A DNA stretch of 63,001 nucleotides, the filler included, from Salisapilia sapeloensis CBS 127946 (Eukaryota; Protista; Oomycota): the NCBI GenBank assembly GCA_023334545.1. It is 12 parts of 12 records of this genome, joined end to end, with 100 filler letters (N's around TTAATTAATTAA, not from the genome) between each part and the next. Parts side by side here need not be neighbours in the genome. Positions count along the whole stretch, not along the records: positions 31,461 to 34,786 come from JAADVB010000765.1; positions 34,887 to 37,662 come from JAADVB010000849.1; positions 37,763 to 39,270 come from JAADVB010001120.1; positions 39,371 to 47,404 come from JAADVB010000500.1; 8 more parts are not named here. The stretch is one strand, 5' to 3'. The notes under the pieces are model-generated. The model was not told where the DNA came from. It worked only from the letters and a program-made list of their open reading frames with translations, and did not search any database. The position numbers were made by a program, and so were the translations under genes. This document shows, piece by piece, positions 31,539-44,998 of this stretch; the stretch's first letter is position 1; each line of letters opens with the position of its first letter.

Positions 31539-34200
31539 ATGAAGTTTACAACTACGCAAATCGCTCTATCTCTCTATTAATGTTGTCTAGTTGGCAAGCT
31601 TTACAACCTGCAGCAATTGATCCTTATGTCCGCATGCTTGTAAAAGAAGGGAATCGACGATGAAAAGTTGTCAAAGATGCCTTTTCCATACGACACGGAG
31701 AAAATGTAATTGAATCCATACACGTTTTAGAAGACCACATCACTCATGTCACATGCATGATAGTGACCTGAGCGGAAATAAGATCAAAACGCTCAACGCA
31801 ACCCGATTCAAGCACACTAAGATTCTGTACAGAAACTTGAAACCATAAGTGGTAACCGAGCGTCTTCTTACATACGAGTGTAGTGAGATGCGTGGAAATC
31901 CTATCAAAAAATCTCCGGAGTGTTTCCAAACCTAGAAGAGCTGTACACTTAATGCGATACAGTAAGATGAGTATTATACTTACCAAAGTTTCATCTGAGC
32001 AGGTACATGAACGGCACTTCCTTCAAGGTCCTAAATGCATCCACATTCCCCAAGCTTCACAAATTGTACTTCTTCCTGCCAACACTGCGGCCTAGGTGGT
32101 TAGTCTCAACCTTCTAACGCATACGAACTAGGCAAAGCTATCAAGGCTCGTTGGAGAATATGTTTGGCGAATGGGAACACCTCGAGAGCCTGTAAGCACT
32201 TGACAATGGTACCTTGGCGATATTCATATCATTCCCCTGGCTGATATAGGAATGTGCGATGGAACCAAATTTCCCTGCTCAAGGCGCATATGCCAAAGCT
32301 AACTCATGCGTAAGATGCTCGCGTCAGATTTTTGGTTCGTATGTCTGACACCTCAAGTGTAAAGTAGCAATTTCAAAGGCAATCAGCTCACCGGCTTTGA
32401 CTGCTCCAGGACGAAGCTAAAGACTTTGTAGTGCGCATTCCGTATAGCGTTTCATACATTCTTAGATCTCGCACGTGCGGCGTACAGGGGCATTTCGAGC
32501 AATAATTTAACAGAAGAGAGTTCGCAAGGAGACAAGTGTAAGCATCTTGAAGAAGTGTACGTATCTTTTGGGTTATTTAGAAAGCACGCGACTGATCTAT
32601 TTAAGAAGAGATTTGAGTTGGAACAGCATCAAGGTTCTTGATTACTCGCAATGCAATGCTCTCCACTCGGTTGAGAAGATGTACGTAGCAAAGTTTATAC
32701 ATACAACGTACGATGATCTTGTACTGAACGCATGACAGCATCGCAGATCACTCTAACATCGAGAAATGGGGTGGCAAGTGGCTCAATTTAAAGAGCGTGT
32801 ACGTGTCTCTTGGCCATCAATATAGTACTGTATGCTAATTTACTTCCGATCGTATACAGATCCATGGAGCATAACGTTTTGTCCAAGGTCAATCCAAACA
32901 TCCCGGTCATCGAGAAAATGTACGCCCTTGGCTTTTAGCCGTACAAAAGAATTTGGGGAGAAAAATACTTATGGAAACTTCGCACGCTACAGGCAACTAC
33001 AGCACAACAAACTAGTCAAGCAAAGATTCCGCCCAAAGCCAAAGCGGGATTTCGGTACTGAAACACCAAACGCTGATGGACTCCATCTATTGTTGCTGCC
33101 AAAGTTAAAACACATATAAGTCTCACATCCTCCTCCGCGCCTCAGATAGTTCACGTCTACTCTGTAGCGATTTATCCCACAACAGAGACACGGATGGCAG
33201 CGGAAAAGAGCTCAAGGGGGAAGCTCGACTGGAATTTAACGAGACCCTTTGTCTGGAGTATCTGTATGCAACAAGCTGTTCTCTTACAGCTTAAAACGTA
33301 TGTACTAGTCGACGTTGTGGGCACCTGAATAACGATGTAGAGGGTAGCGTGCTTGACGATGCTAACTTTTTGGCAATGACCAGCCTGAGAGGCAAAAGGA
33401 GCGCAATGTAAATTTCGACAGTACTTGAGGCTCATGAGCTGGCAGATCGCATCGTACTAACTTAATTGATGACACTAGAATCGATCCAGGTGGGAAGGAC
33501 ATTCGAAAAGGTGACTATAAGAATGCTTTGTACATTGGTGGTGAGATTGTAACCGAGAATCGCAAGCGTGCTTTCCTCGGTGCCCGCTGCTGACAACGCC
33601 AACTTTTTTGATCTCATGCACGAGAAACTGCCAATCGAACGCACTGATAACAGTCAACGAGAAGCGGTGTGGTAGCACACGGGTCATTTGCTTTGCTTCT
33701 GTCGCTTTCCTGTTATTTTATTCGTGCATTCCAAAGGATGCAGGCAGCGCACAAACTGAAAATAAAAGTCTGTCGATGAATACGCGTCAACCTGAAAAGT
33801 CGACGACATGCATGCGTTCTGGGCAAATAATAGAACGCAATTGCTGTCCGCTTTCATGCCATTGCTATGGTTGGTGACGTGCTATAAAGCGAATGACCGA
33901 AGCTTCAGATGTATGTGATACTGACGACTTTGCTGAAGGCTACCAGAGCCAGTCCATTTAGTCGATCATAGCACTCCATCAGCAATTTGGCTCAACCTTC
34001 ACTGCTTGCTAAGATCCACATTCACAAAGGTACTGGATGCTAAGAAAGAGAATGATATGGATGGAAAGATGAAGGTTCTAGGACCACTGGGAGTTGCCAT
34101 GCTCTCGTTGAAGCTACTCTCAATATTTCGACAATAGCTAAGAAACTTGCCCAGTGGATCTTGTTAGCGATCCGCTTTTACTAGCAAACCAATCGTTTTG
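31539..34200 (+). pseudogene. Multi-exon LRR receptor-like gene (one LRR per exon), with inactivating lesions
   Basis: LRR exons at 31764-31826, 31884-31942, 32003-32065, 32132-32191, 32250-32309, 32368-32427, 32488-32556, 32609-32680, 32739-32798, 32860-32919, 32993-33115, 33168-33263 (e.g. DLSGNKIKTL, NVRWNQISLL, NFKGNQLTGF, DLSWNSIKVL, DLSHN), separated by phase-2 introns of 52-73 nt. Also a frameshifted signal-peptide-like start at 31539, a CPHAC cap and a TM-like segment near 33683-33730. Lesions: 1-nt loss in exon 2; ATAAGT donor at 33116. Outer boundaries approximate. Confidence 0.8.
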
Positions 34201-37200
34201 GTAGTTTCCCCTTGATGCACAGTACAAAGCCACAACATGTATCTTTTCGAGGTGTCAGTCTTGACGTAGACTACTGCCAGCAGTACTGACTTAAATCTCG
34301 TGAAGCTAACAGTAAAAGCTTTCTATCTGTCATCTAGTGTTTTCTACCATCCTCGTGCTTCAATTCCACACATTGATGCGCTGATACTGTGAACCCTCTT
34401 TGCGTCTGGTTTCCCACCTATTCTTCAACGCAGCGTCCACAAAGTCAGGACAGTCAGCGATGCGTATTTGAAACCTTCTTCAATGGACGAGCATCTGTAG
34501 AGTTTGATGGGCACTAAAGCATGATTTGGATGACTGCTACCGAAGCTACTACAAGGCAGATTGAAAGTCTTATAACTTTTTATCAATTCACACCTCAATC
34601 GACTCTCATGTCATTGGTTTCGTTCGTTCCTATGTCTCATCCATGTACTAACGTTATCAAGACACATGGCAGATACTAGTTACATAGACCTGTTCAAGAT
34701 AGACTTGAGCTGTTCGGCCCTTTCGGAGTGGGTGGTATCGCCGTTTGTACCCATACGGGCAGCTGGTGAATGGAATGGCGTACCCTNNNNNNNNNNNNNN
34801 NNNNNNNNNNNNNNNNNNNNNNNNNNNNNNTTAATTAATTAANNNNNNNNNNNNNNNNNNNNNNNNNNNNNNNNNNNNNNNNNNNNAGTTAAATAATTTT
34901 TCTCTTTTCTTTTTCCTAGGCTACCATTCCTTTCTACGAGCGATATCACTTCAAACCTTCTCCAGGAAAGCATTTGATTTGGACCTGTATACCTCTAAAT
35001 CCGTACGTCATTGTGTCACTGGAAGCTCAGGGAAAAGCAATGATTGTGATGCGTTGGCTGAAGTGAATGAGGAGGATAGAGCTAAGAACGTGATACTCAA
35101 TTCAAGTCACTTGCCACTTTCAACGGGTGCTCAGGCTACCCGAAGTGCAACTACCTTCGCAAACTAGACACATTTTAATTGCAAAAGTATGCTTCAGAAA
35201 GCTAAGTCATGAAGTCGAGACATTATAAGCGGAAGTGATACCGTTAAAATCTTCGTGTTGTATTTGAAGATCATCAACCATGCTCATGACTCTACGTAAT
35301 TTATGGTCAAAACTGGCTTAGAACTGATGAAATTATGCCGATATCGAACACATTTACAAAATACGAGAATAAGCAAGCTAGGTGTATTTAAAGTTGAAAT
35401 GAAACGTGCCTGCTAGTATTAAAGCATGAGTTGCCCTTGGTTGAACTCGTAGCAAGCGCAGAATTGCTAACGCTGGTACCTTGCAATAATCGTTTGGTGA
35501 TGCAAGTGAGCAAGAAAAATCTGGATACGATGCCGATCATTATCCAGAAAAGCACCCAAAGAAGTTGAGAGCTTTCTTCAGAATTGGTAGTATCGGAGAT
35601 TACGAACGATGCAAGTGGAATGACGAATGCCTTAGCCATCGCATTTCATGCCAGTGATCTTGATTTGGGAGTAAGAAACTTTAGGAGCTATTCTTTGCTT
35701 GAAAAAAATGAAGAATGGATATTTTCGCGGCCCTTCTTTGCGGTCCATGAAGCTGGATTTTCTGTCAGGTGCTCCGATAAATGACCTGTCGGATAGACAT
35801 TTCGGAAATGTATCTTCGCTACCCGCCACATGATGCGAAAATCCTATGACAGTTGATGGAGAATTGTATTCAGTATGTAGTGATTCTATGAAGACCTCGT
35901 GCATGATCTTATGCTCAATAAATGGTATATCTTATTAGTGTAGATATGCTTAAAAATGCGAGTAACCAACCAACTTTATGTGCATGTCAATATCGAACGT
36001 GGTGGCAGATAATGGGGAGGCGATAGAAATGTATCTAACGTAAAAGCAGTTTCGGTTCGTAAGAGTAGATCAAATCTTGGGTCGTCTTTATATTGTTTCA
36101 TTGTGCAGCGTCAGTACTGAACTGAAAGCTATTGAGCGATCATATTCTTGATGCTATAGGTTAAATCTGCTACTGCTCATACAAAGATACAAAACTTAGC
36201 TTCCATGTACGACATTAAGTTGATATGCTACTCAGGTAGATGGAATTTGAGCATTTTGCTTAACTTGACATATTTGTCTTTATACGGTTTGTTTATAATA
36301 ATCATTACCAGTGTGATTGGGTGTAACTCGGGAAACGAAGCATGTTACATTTGTTGTCTTCATACAGGTGAGAGCCAGGGTAGGAAATTCTCTACCACAA
36401 GTTTTCAGAAGATTATTGCAGCTAATCTAATGTTTGTATTTCCATCACATGAAAGACGCCCGTACTTAAATGTAGGTAATACCGTACCTTTTCACAATGG
36501 TATGTGACTGCACCTTGCATATTCGCGGATAAAACGGAAAGACAACACTGAAGTCCACAATCTGGTTACGGTCTTTGTACTTAAAGAGACTTTGTGTGCT
36601 TATAGCTAGTGTTTGGAAACTTTATCTGCTATTGGAAACCAGTTTGATTGCATCATATGCAATGCGACTTTTTAAAGGATAATTCATTCGTTAGAGTACT
36701 TGCGTTTCCTTCATGATTGCAAGGCTTTCAATATACTATACGGAAGACATTCTGCTTGTCCTTCCACTTATCGAAGAAGTGGCTGGGAACGCCAGTAGCA
36801 TGGCATGTTAAATTCGGTCCGTACAGATGTTTGTGATCTAGCTTACCTTCACTCGTGGTACAGCTATCTCAATCGGATACGCTTTAACTTAAAATGTGCG
36901 AGACATCATCTATCATCTCAATTCAGCTTAGTAGGCATGCTCAGTCGCGGGCTATGTTGGTTAAAAGCTCCCTGTCATTTTGAGTAGATATATGATCGGT
37001 ATAGAAGTAGACAAAGTTCTTGACGGATTACTTAGCATAAAACAACCAATTGTAATTAAAGCAGTGTCATGTATGTGCATTTAGAGAAGTAGGTTTCCAA
37101 AGCGGTAATGAAGTGAAATATACAACTATTATGACGTATTGTACAACACATTGGTAAAGCGAAGACGAGCAGTCGCTTAATTATCCGTTACGGAGCATCC

Positions 37201-39370
37201 GTTTTTCCGTTTGTGTTCTCGTCCCTGCACGTGTGACTTTTCAAACCGAATTAAACCTACATGGTAGCTTCAATGATCAGAGATCAGTCTTTGCACTCAA
37301 ATGAAATCCACTTACCACCACTTATAACTAATTCCTCGTCTTTTCTGATCCTGATTTTGATTAAAAAGTTCGTTTGCAAGAGCGCATTTACATGTCGTCC
37401 CATTGAGCTTTCCTCTTCTTCTTTTATCGATCTCTCTACGGTCGTTTCGTTCGCAGGTCTCATTTTCAGCCGGAATTGCTTCTGGGATCAGTTGTAACGC
37501 ACATTCGTTGCTACAGCAAATGAAAGAAAAGGCGTGAGTCCACCTGCTGTACATTAAATCGATAAGGCACTCTTTCATTCTCCAACTTACCACAGACTCC
37601 ACACGACCATCTCGATCTCCATCCGCATAGTACAAACTTCACAGCACTTTTGCCATGAGTACNNNNNNNNNNNNNNNNNNNNNNNNNNNNNNNNNNNNNN
37701 NNNNNNTTAATTAATTAANNNNNNNNNNNNNNNNNNNNNNNNNNNNNNNNNNNNNNNNNNNNCGTGTCGTGTAGAGAGTGAGGATAGAAGGCACTAGATG
37801 GAGGTCTGCGTCTGCTTGGGCCGTCGGCGGGCGAAAGCTCGATTCGAATGCCACTTGGATACACTTCTCTATACAATGCCATCAGCATGGAGATGATCGG
37901 AATCATGCCTTTACTTGCTGCATATTGCATGTTGCTAAAGATCCATGTTGAGGTGGTTGAGGAGTATTGAATTGCTTGATGCCAAGGCTACCATCGTCAT
38001 ACACTTCTTTATATGAATAATTACTTGCTTGTTAAATCAGCTTTCCTCAAGATGATTGTAGCACGTCTGCATTCGGCTACCACAATGGAGAGAACGATTT
38101 GCTCCGATCGGGAACGACTATCCTTCGCTTATAAAGATTGCGACAAACTATCGATGGAAAGTATCTTTTCCAGTAGTTGACGTAGATCTCGTGCCTTTAA
38201 AAGTGAAAAGTAAGCATACAAGACGATGATAGAAAACAATCAAATGCTTAGATTCCAGCAGGATGTATAGAATGCATCGGCATATGCAAATTGCATTATT
38301 ATCTAGTGCATGCCTGTCGTTGGACTATGCCTGAAGAGCAAAACATAATCGGCTACATCTAATAATATATGTTTTCTAGTCGTTAGTATTGACAATGCCT
38401 TAGAGACAGCAACGACAGCTTTGATATTAGAAGCATTATAGACATTATGTCATGAGATGGTTGATACAGAGTGAAAGCCCACGCACGTAATGAATGTATC
38501 ATGCCTAGTACAATATATTTAAATGGATCAGGTGGAAGTGCTGTCCTCGAGTGTCTGCGATGGATAGTAATTAAACTCTGACGTGATGATTTTCAATGAG
38601 ATCACTATCTTGCACTTGTCTAAAACAAATGGCATTGAAGACAAAGCCGAGAGACTGCCAGTCGATGCAAATACATTTGCCATATTTTAAATAAATGCCG
38701 AATCCCAGCTAGTTTCCAAACTAGCATGGCTCTAGTCAATACACCATTGCAGCTAGTGGAGAGATTCGCCGAGATGGTGGACATAAAGAAAGCCTATATC
38801 AATTAATGGTTTCATTTTACAAGGATGAGAATAATTTCGGCTTTTGACCAGACTAGGTGCTCGTTTCAGTTATGCGCTCTCCTGGCACTAAAACAACCCA
38901 ATCAATACACTTAATTGCGTTGACTTTCAAATTGTTGAAGCGCATGAAAAGACTTTCGAACGCTATAAGGATAGCATGCGTGTAAATTTATCAGGTTAAA
39001 ACCGAAACGAGAGCAAGGTCACGATTAAAATGAAGTAGTCTACGCGCCTAGTAGTGATACTTCTCTATGTGTACGAGGTACTATAGATTTTCTTTTCTAA
39101 GACAAGCTTACAAAACTTGGAAATTCTTCAAGGTGGAAGATGTTTGACAGATTTGGTAACGTAGCGTCATCTTCAGCTCTAGCATTGCAATGCACTGTTC
39201 TCCTTTGCATCACAAGACGAATCCGTGTACAGAATTTCGTCAGGTTGGTATCTCGACGATACGTGCATTANNNNNNNNNNNNNNNNNNNNNNNNNNNNNN
39301 NNNNNNNNNNNNNNTTAATTAATTAANNNNNNNNNNNNNNNNNNNNNNNNNNNNNNNNNNNNNNNNNNNN

Positions 39371-40529
<1,159 letters not shown>

Positions 40530-40600
40530 TTGGGGAGAGGTATGATAGAAAAAGTGGTAGTATGTGTAGAATTGTATTGGGCATTATGAGATGTGGTAAC

Positions 40601-43267
40601 CTAGGACATGAGAACCAGCAGAGTGTCCACGACGAGCAATGTGATGGCGTCGAAGAGGAACTTGGGGGCGAAGATGGCCCACACCATCAGATGTCGTCTT
40701 TGCGCAGCCACAAAGACCGTAGACACTGCTGCATGCGCTGCGTAGTACCCGACGGTCGTCCATGCCCAGGACTGATAGTTCGCTCCTCCCAGTGGCATCA
40801 TGCCTAGCAATAGGACGTACGAACCGAATGTGTTTAGAGCAAGGAGAGCTCCAGCTGCGTAAAAGTTGAACTCATCAAAGCCGACAAACCCAGCGGCGTT
40901 CTGGAGACTCGTAAAGGTGGCTTCGTGGCCCGTGAGGGAGAAGGCTCTGGACATCACGAGGCACCACAGGAGCACCCACGAAGGAGACCATAGAGATTGA
41001 CACAGTCTCATCATGGACACAAAACTGTATCCTTGTATCATTAGACCTGCAATTACAGGGGAAGAGCGAGGTCCGAGCACCAGCATCAGCGGCACGGACA
41101 CTTGCAGCAAGAGCAGGTGCCGGAGCCTATCCGTCTTACAGGAACGCAGAAAAGAGATGCAGCTAGTTAGAGTGACAAGGTAGACAGTTCGTGGGATCCA
41201 AAGGCGGAGTAGAGTCATTGGAATGGGCGACCACAGCCAGTAGAGTCCACAGCAGACGCAGCTGTAGACTACTCCAGAGCTTAAGAGTAGTGTCTTGGTC
41301 GACCACGAATGAGACACTAGGAGGTAGATGGCAGCGAATGAGAGTACTACCAGCGGTCCGAGAGAGTAGAACGATGAGGACATGGAGTGGATAATGTTAG
41401 GAGACTCGAGCGACTGGAGCACTCTCGTCGTCAAGACGAACGCTATGCTGTACACCAAAGCTCTCCTCCTCTGCAATTGTAGTCGTTGTGCCTTCCATAT
41501 GAAGAACGCTCCAACAGTCATGACTAGGAAGTCGAGCGTTGACGCCTCCGCGACGATATAGCTATTCGATAGGAGTGATAGAAGGTGAAGCACGACCGTC
41601 ACGAAGGCCACAGCGTCAGACGCTTGTATGTGCAGTCGCTTCACGATTGAATAAGTAGAGTAGAAGGAAACATGCAGTAGCGTCACGAGACTCGCCAAGG
41701 CAAGACCTCGAGACAGAGGAGAGGAAGGAACGATCAGAAGCAGTCGGTCTAGATGAGGAACGCATAAGCCTCCAACAAACGCCACCGCCGTCGGGATCAA
41801 ACTCCTGGAAATGCCAGTCAACGCCGTATCCGTCGACACATACAGCAGTGGGAGGGACGAGAGGAGAAGCAGGATGCCCCATGTCATACTAACGAAATCA
41901 AACTGTGTCCAGATAGACCGTCCGAGCGCCAAGGCTTCTCGAACGTACTCTTGCTGTCGTTCCACCAGCTCAGTCTGCCGTTCCTGTCGTTCTAAAGACT
42001 CTTGTGTTTCTTCCACCTGCTGCCTCAACGTATCCAGGCGAGCGTATAGATCCTCCAAGTCTGCATACGCCTCTGTCGGCAGCTTGGATGCAGCAGAGTA
42101 CGTGAAGAGATACCTTCTCACCTGATCTACATTCAGCTGCAGCGCTTTCGTCAGTCGATCCAACGCACTCTCGCCCTCACCCTCGACATAGAAGAGCTGA
42201 GGGATGAGTGTGCCGAGATTACCAAAGGGGATCGGGAGACCAGTCAAGAGCGCCAGAGTAGGCACCAAGTCCACTTGAGGAACTTCCTTTGGCCATCGAA
42301 TCGAGTCACGAGACGAATGCAGAGGCTTCTTGCTGTACAGGAACAAGGCTGCTCCAGTCTCTTCATCTGTTGCTCCCCCGTGGTTTCCATCAGCCGACAT
42401 GCCGTGGTCTCCTAGCACCACGAGCAGCGTCTCATCATCATCCGGCAGTTCGTCCAAGAGCTTTACGAACGCAGCGTTCGTTTCATCCAGCTTCTTGGTC
42501 ATAAAGATACTCGAAGGTCCGTGGGTATGGCCGACGTGATCTACGCCTAGAAAGTGGGCGATTAGTAGATCCCAGTCCGACTCTTGGAGCTCTGGGAAGA
42601 GATGCTCCTTGACGCCATTGTCCACCGTGTCGAGGTCCTTGACGTTGAAACTATCGTACGCATAGGTCCGAGTAAAGTACGAGTCGTAGAGCGACAGCCA
42701 GGTGTCGTCTCCCATGAAGACCATCGGCCGATCCTGTCGCTTCATCTGGTGGATCCAATTGTCCTCTGCGATGGCATTGCTGCTGCCCATGTTATCCTTA
42801 ATGTCCAAAAACGTCGGGAGACCTCCGGTCGTTAGACCCTTTAGTCGCTGCATAGTCATCGTCGGAGGGTCTGCCACGAACTTGAGCAGCAGACTGTGCT
42901 CTGGTCTGTCCGTAAGCGTCTGATTAAAGACCGGCAGGTGATGGAGGAAGAAGGACGGCGTGGTGTCCACACTCGTCTTGGCAGTCGACTCGTCGGATGC
43001 GATAAAATCGTATCTTAATGCATCCACGACCACGAACACAACGCGTCTAAACCGAGGCTGCATCCAACACCCATGCCGTCGTCCGGGAGACTCTCTCGTC
43101 TCCGCAGTCCCACGTAGCTTGGATAGAACGTGTGGCACTTGATGACACTGACTCACATCTTTCACCTCGAATCTCGTGAGGAAGAACCCAGTCGTGAACA
43201 AGTACAACGCAGCGGCATGCAGACAAGCCATCCAGAAGAGAAGGAGCCATGGTCGAGGTCGAGACAT
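40601..43267 (-). CDS. PIGO: GPI ethanolamine phosphate transferase 3 (PIG-O/Gpi13), 888 aa
   Basis: LYLFTTGFFLTR, VVDALRYDF, ADPPTMTMQRLKGLTTGGLPTFLD, FMGDDTW, AHFLGVDHVGH, GDHGM, multipass C-terminus ending RRHLMVWAIFAPKFLF. Start placed at ATG 43267 (MSRPRPW). Confidence 0.93.
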   Translation of the reverse strand: MSRPRPWLLLFWMACLHAAALYLFTTGFFLTRFEVKDVSQCHQVPHVLSKLRGTAETRESPGRRHGCWMQPRFRRVVFVVVDALRYDFIASDESTAKTSVDTTPSFFLHHLPVFNQTLTDRPEHSLLLKFVADPPTMTMQRLKGLTTGGLPTFLDIKDNMGSSNAIAEDNWIHQMKRQDRPMVFMGDDTWLSLYDSYFTRTYAYDSFNVKDLDTVDNGVKEHLFPELQESDWDLLIAHFLGVDHVGHTHGPSSIFMTKKLDETNAAFVKLLDELPDDDETLLVVLGDHGMSADGNHGGATDEETGAALFLYSKKPLHSSRDSIRWPKEVPQVDLVPTLALLTGLPIPFGNLGTLIPQLFYVEGEGESALDRLTKALQLNVDQVRRYLFTYSAASKLPTEAYADLEDLYARLDTLRQQVEETQESLERQERQTELVERQQEYVREALALGRSIWTQFDFVSMTWGILLLLSSLPLLYVSTDTALTGISRSLIPTAVAFVGGLCVPHLDRLLLIVPSSPLSRGLALASLVTLLHVSFYSTYSIVKRLHIQASDAVAFVTVVLHLLSLLSNSYIVAEASTLDFLVMTVGAFFIWKAQRLQLQRRRALVYSIAFVLTTRVLQSLESPNIIHSMSSSFYSLGPLVVLSFAAIYLLVSHSWSTKTLLLSSGVVYSCVCCGLYWLWSPIPMTLLRLWIPRTVYLVTLTSCISFLRSCKTDRLRHLLLLQVSVPLMLVLGPRSSPVIAGLMIQGYSFVSMMRLCQSLWSPSWVLLWCLVMSRAFSLTGHEATFTSLQNAAGFVGFDEFNFYAAGALLALNTFGSYVLLLGMMPLGGANYQSWAWTTVGYYAAHAAVSTVFVAAQRRHLMVWAIFAPKFLFDAITLLVVDTLLVLMS

Positions 43268-43363
43268 GCTGCCCAAGTGTCCACTTGTGGTCGGTGGCAG
43301 TGTATAAGTTATGCGTGGCATTCCATAGAAGGTCTGCCGGCCAACAAAGTTCATTTTTGTATC

Positions 43364-44968
43364 ATGACCTCGGAGGCAGCGACCAAGGCCGAGCGCAAGG
43401 CCGAAAAGAAGCGCATGAAGAAGGAGCGCAAGGAGGCCAAGAAGCAGGAGGAAGAGCCCATTGTCACGAGTGACAAGAAGGACAAGAAGAAGAAGGACAA
43501 GAAACGCAAGGACCGAGAAGGCTCGAGTGAGACCAAGCAGAGCAAGAAGACCAAGACCAATGGACCGTACCAGCAACCGCCTGCGTCGGACAATAGCTTC
43601 ACCAAGTCCTTCTACGTGGAGAATGCTGCTACATCCAGCATGACGTCGGACGAAGTGAATGCCTTCCACCAGGACCACGCCATGACCATCAATGGCACCA
43701 ACTGCCTCTACCGTCCTATCCGCACCTTTAAGGAGGTGGACTTTGCTCCAGACTTTATGGGTGTCTTTAAGGGCTTCGACAAGCCCACGCCCATCCAGAG
43801 CCAGTGCTGGCCCATCCTCGCTTCCGGTCGGGACGTCGTCGGTATCGCCGAGACCGGGTCTGGCAAGACGCTCGCCTTTGCGCTCCCTGGCCTCGTCCAC
43901 ATCGCCGCGCAGCCCAAGATCAGCAAGTCGCACCCTGGACCTCGTATGCTGGTGGTGGCACCCACGAGAGAGCTGGCCATGCAGAGCGCCGAGGTCATCA
44001 AGGATGCCGGCAAAGTCGGGAACATGAGCGCGACGTGCATCTACGGCGGCGTGCCAAAGCAGGCGCAGCGTCAGCTCCTGCGCAAGGGTGTGCACGTGGT
44101 GGTGGCGACACCAGGTCGACTCAAAGACCTGATCGAAGAGAACTCGTGCTCACTCTCGTCCGTCTCGTACGTCGTGTTGGACGAGGCCGACCGGATGCTG
44201 GACGAAGGGTTCGAGAAGGACATTCGCATGATCCTCGGCAACACCCACCCGGAGCGTCAGATCGCCATGTTCAGCGCCACGTGGCCGCAGTCCATCCAGC
44301 AGCTCGCGCATGAGTTTTTGAATGACGCTGTCAAGGTGACGATCGGGTCAGACGACCTGGCTGCCAGTCAGAGCGTCACGCAGCTCGTGGAGGTCATTGA
44401 CGACCGCAAGCGCGACCACCGAGCCCATGCGCTGCTGCAGCAGTACCACAAGAACCAGACGAACCTCGTCCTGCTCTTTGTTCTGTACAAAAAGGAGGCA
44501 GACCGAGTGGAGAGGTCTCTTCGTCAACGCGGATGGAACTGCGTCGCCATCCACGGAGACCGGACGCAGGAGCAGCGGTCGGACGCGGTGGAGAAGTTTA
44601 AGAGCGGACAGATCCCGCTGCTTATCGCTACCGACGTGGCAGCGAGAGGACTCGACATCCCAGGCGTCGCGTACGTCTTGAACTACTCGTTCCCGCTGAC
44701 GATTGAAGACTACGTCCACCGAATTGGACGTACGGGTCGAGGCGGCAAGTCCGGTATCGCCCACACGTTCTTCACGGCCAACGACAAGCCGAGAGCCGGA
44801 GAGCTGGTGAACCTCCTGAGGGATTCCAAGCAGGAGGTTCCGGCCGAGCTGCTCAAGTTCGGCACGCACGTCAAGAAGAAGGAGCACAAGCTGTACGGTG
44901 CCTTCACGAAGAACATTGACCCGAGCAAGAAGGCCACCAAGATCACGTTCGATAGCGACAGCGACTAG
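43364..44968 (+). CDS. DBP3: DEAD-box RNA helicase Dbp3 (534 aa)
   Basis: Lys-rich N-terminus; AETGSGKT, PTRELA, DEAD, SAT, ARGLD, HRIGRTGR; Dbp3-type C-terminus THVKKKEHKLYGAF...KATKITFD. Confidence 0.92.
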   Translation: MTSEAATKAERKAEKKRMKKERKEAKKQEEEPIVTSDKKDKKKKDKKRKDREGSSETKQSKKTKTNGPYQQPPASDNSFTKSFYVENAATSSMTSDEVNAFHQDHAMTINGTNCLYRPIRTFKEVDFAPDFMGVFKGFDKPTPIQSQCWPILASGRDVVGIAETGSGKTLAFALPGLVHIAAQPKISKSHPGPRMLVVAPTRELAMQSAEVIKDAGKVGNMSATCIYGGVPKQAQRQLLRKGVHVVVATPGRLKDLIEENSCSLSSVSYVVLDEADRMLDEGFEKDIRMILGNTHPERQIAMFSATWPQSIQQLAHEFLNDAVKVTIGSDDLAASQSVTQLVEVIDDRKRDHRAHALLQQYHKNQTNLVLLFVLYKKEADRVERSLRQRGWNCVAIHGDRTQEQRSDAVEKFKSGQIPLLIATDVAARGLDIPGVAYVLNYSFPLTIEDYVHRIGRTGRGGKSGIAHTFFTANDKPRAGELVNLLRDSKQEVPAELLKFGTHVKKKEHKLYGAFTKNIDPSKKATKITFDSDSD

Positions 44969-44998
44969 ATAGAGGCATTTATATTTGGTTGTCTAAAA

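Noticed and set aside
34887-39270. Possible decayed genes on two AT-richer contigs (e.g. ORFs 35388-35639 and 37312-37635; GTAAGT donors near 37315 and 37590)
   Set aside because: I could not assemble a consistent spliced frame or recognise a family, so nothing is called.
43130-43363. N-terminal extension of DBP3 in the 612-aa ORF
   Set aside because: It overlaps the PIG-O 5' end on the other strand and begins at a non-ATG codon; the Lys-rich Dbp3 N-terminus begins at ATG 43364.
43268-44095. 276-aa N-terminal extension of PIG-O in the 1164-aa ORF
   Set aside because: It is the antisense shadow of the GC-rich DBP3 coding sequence; PIG-O homology starts at MSRPRPW (43267).
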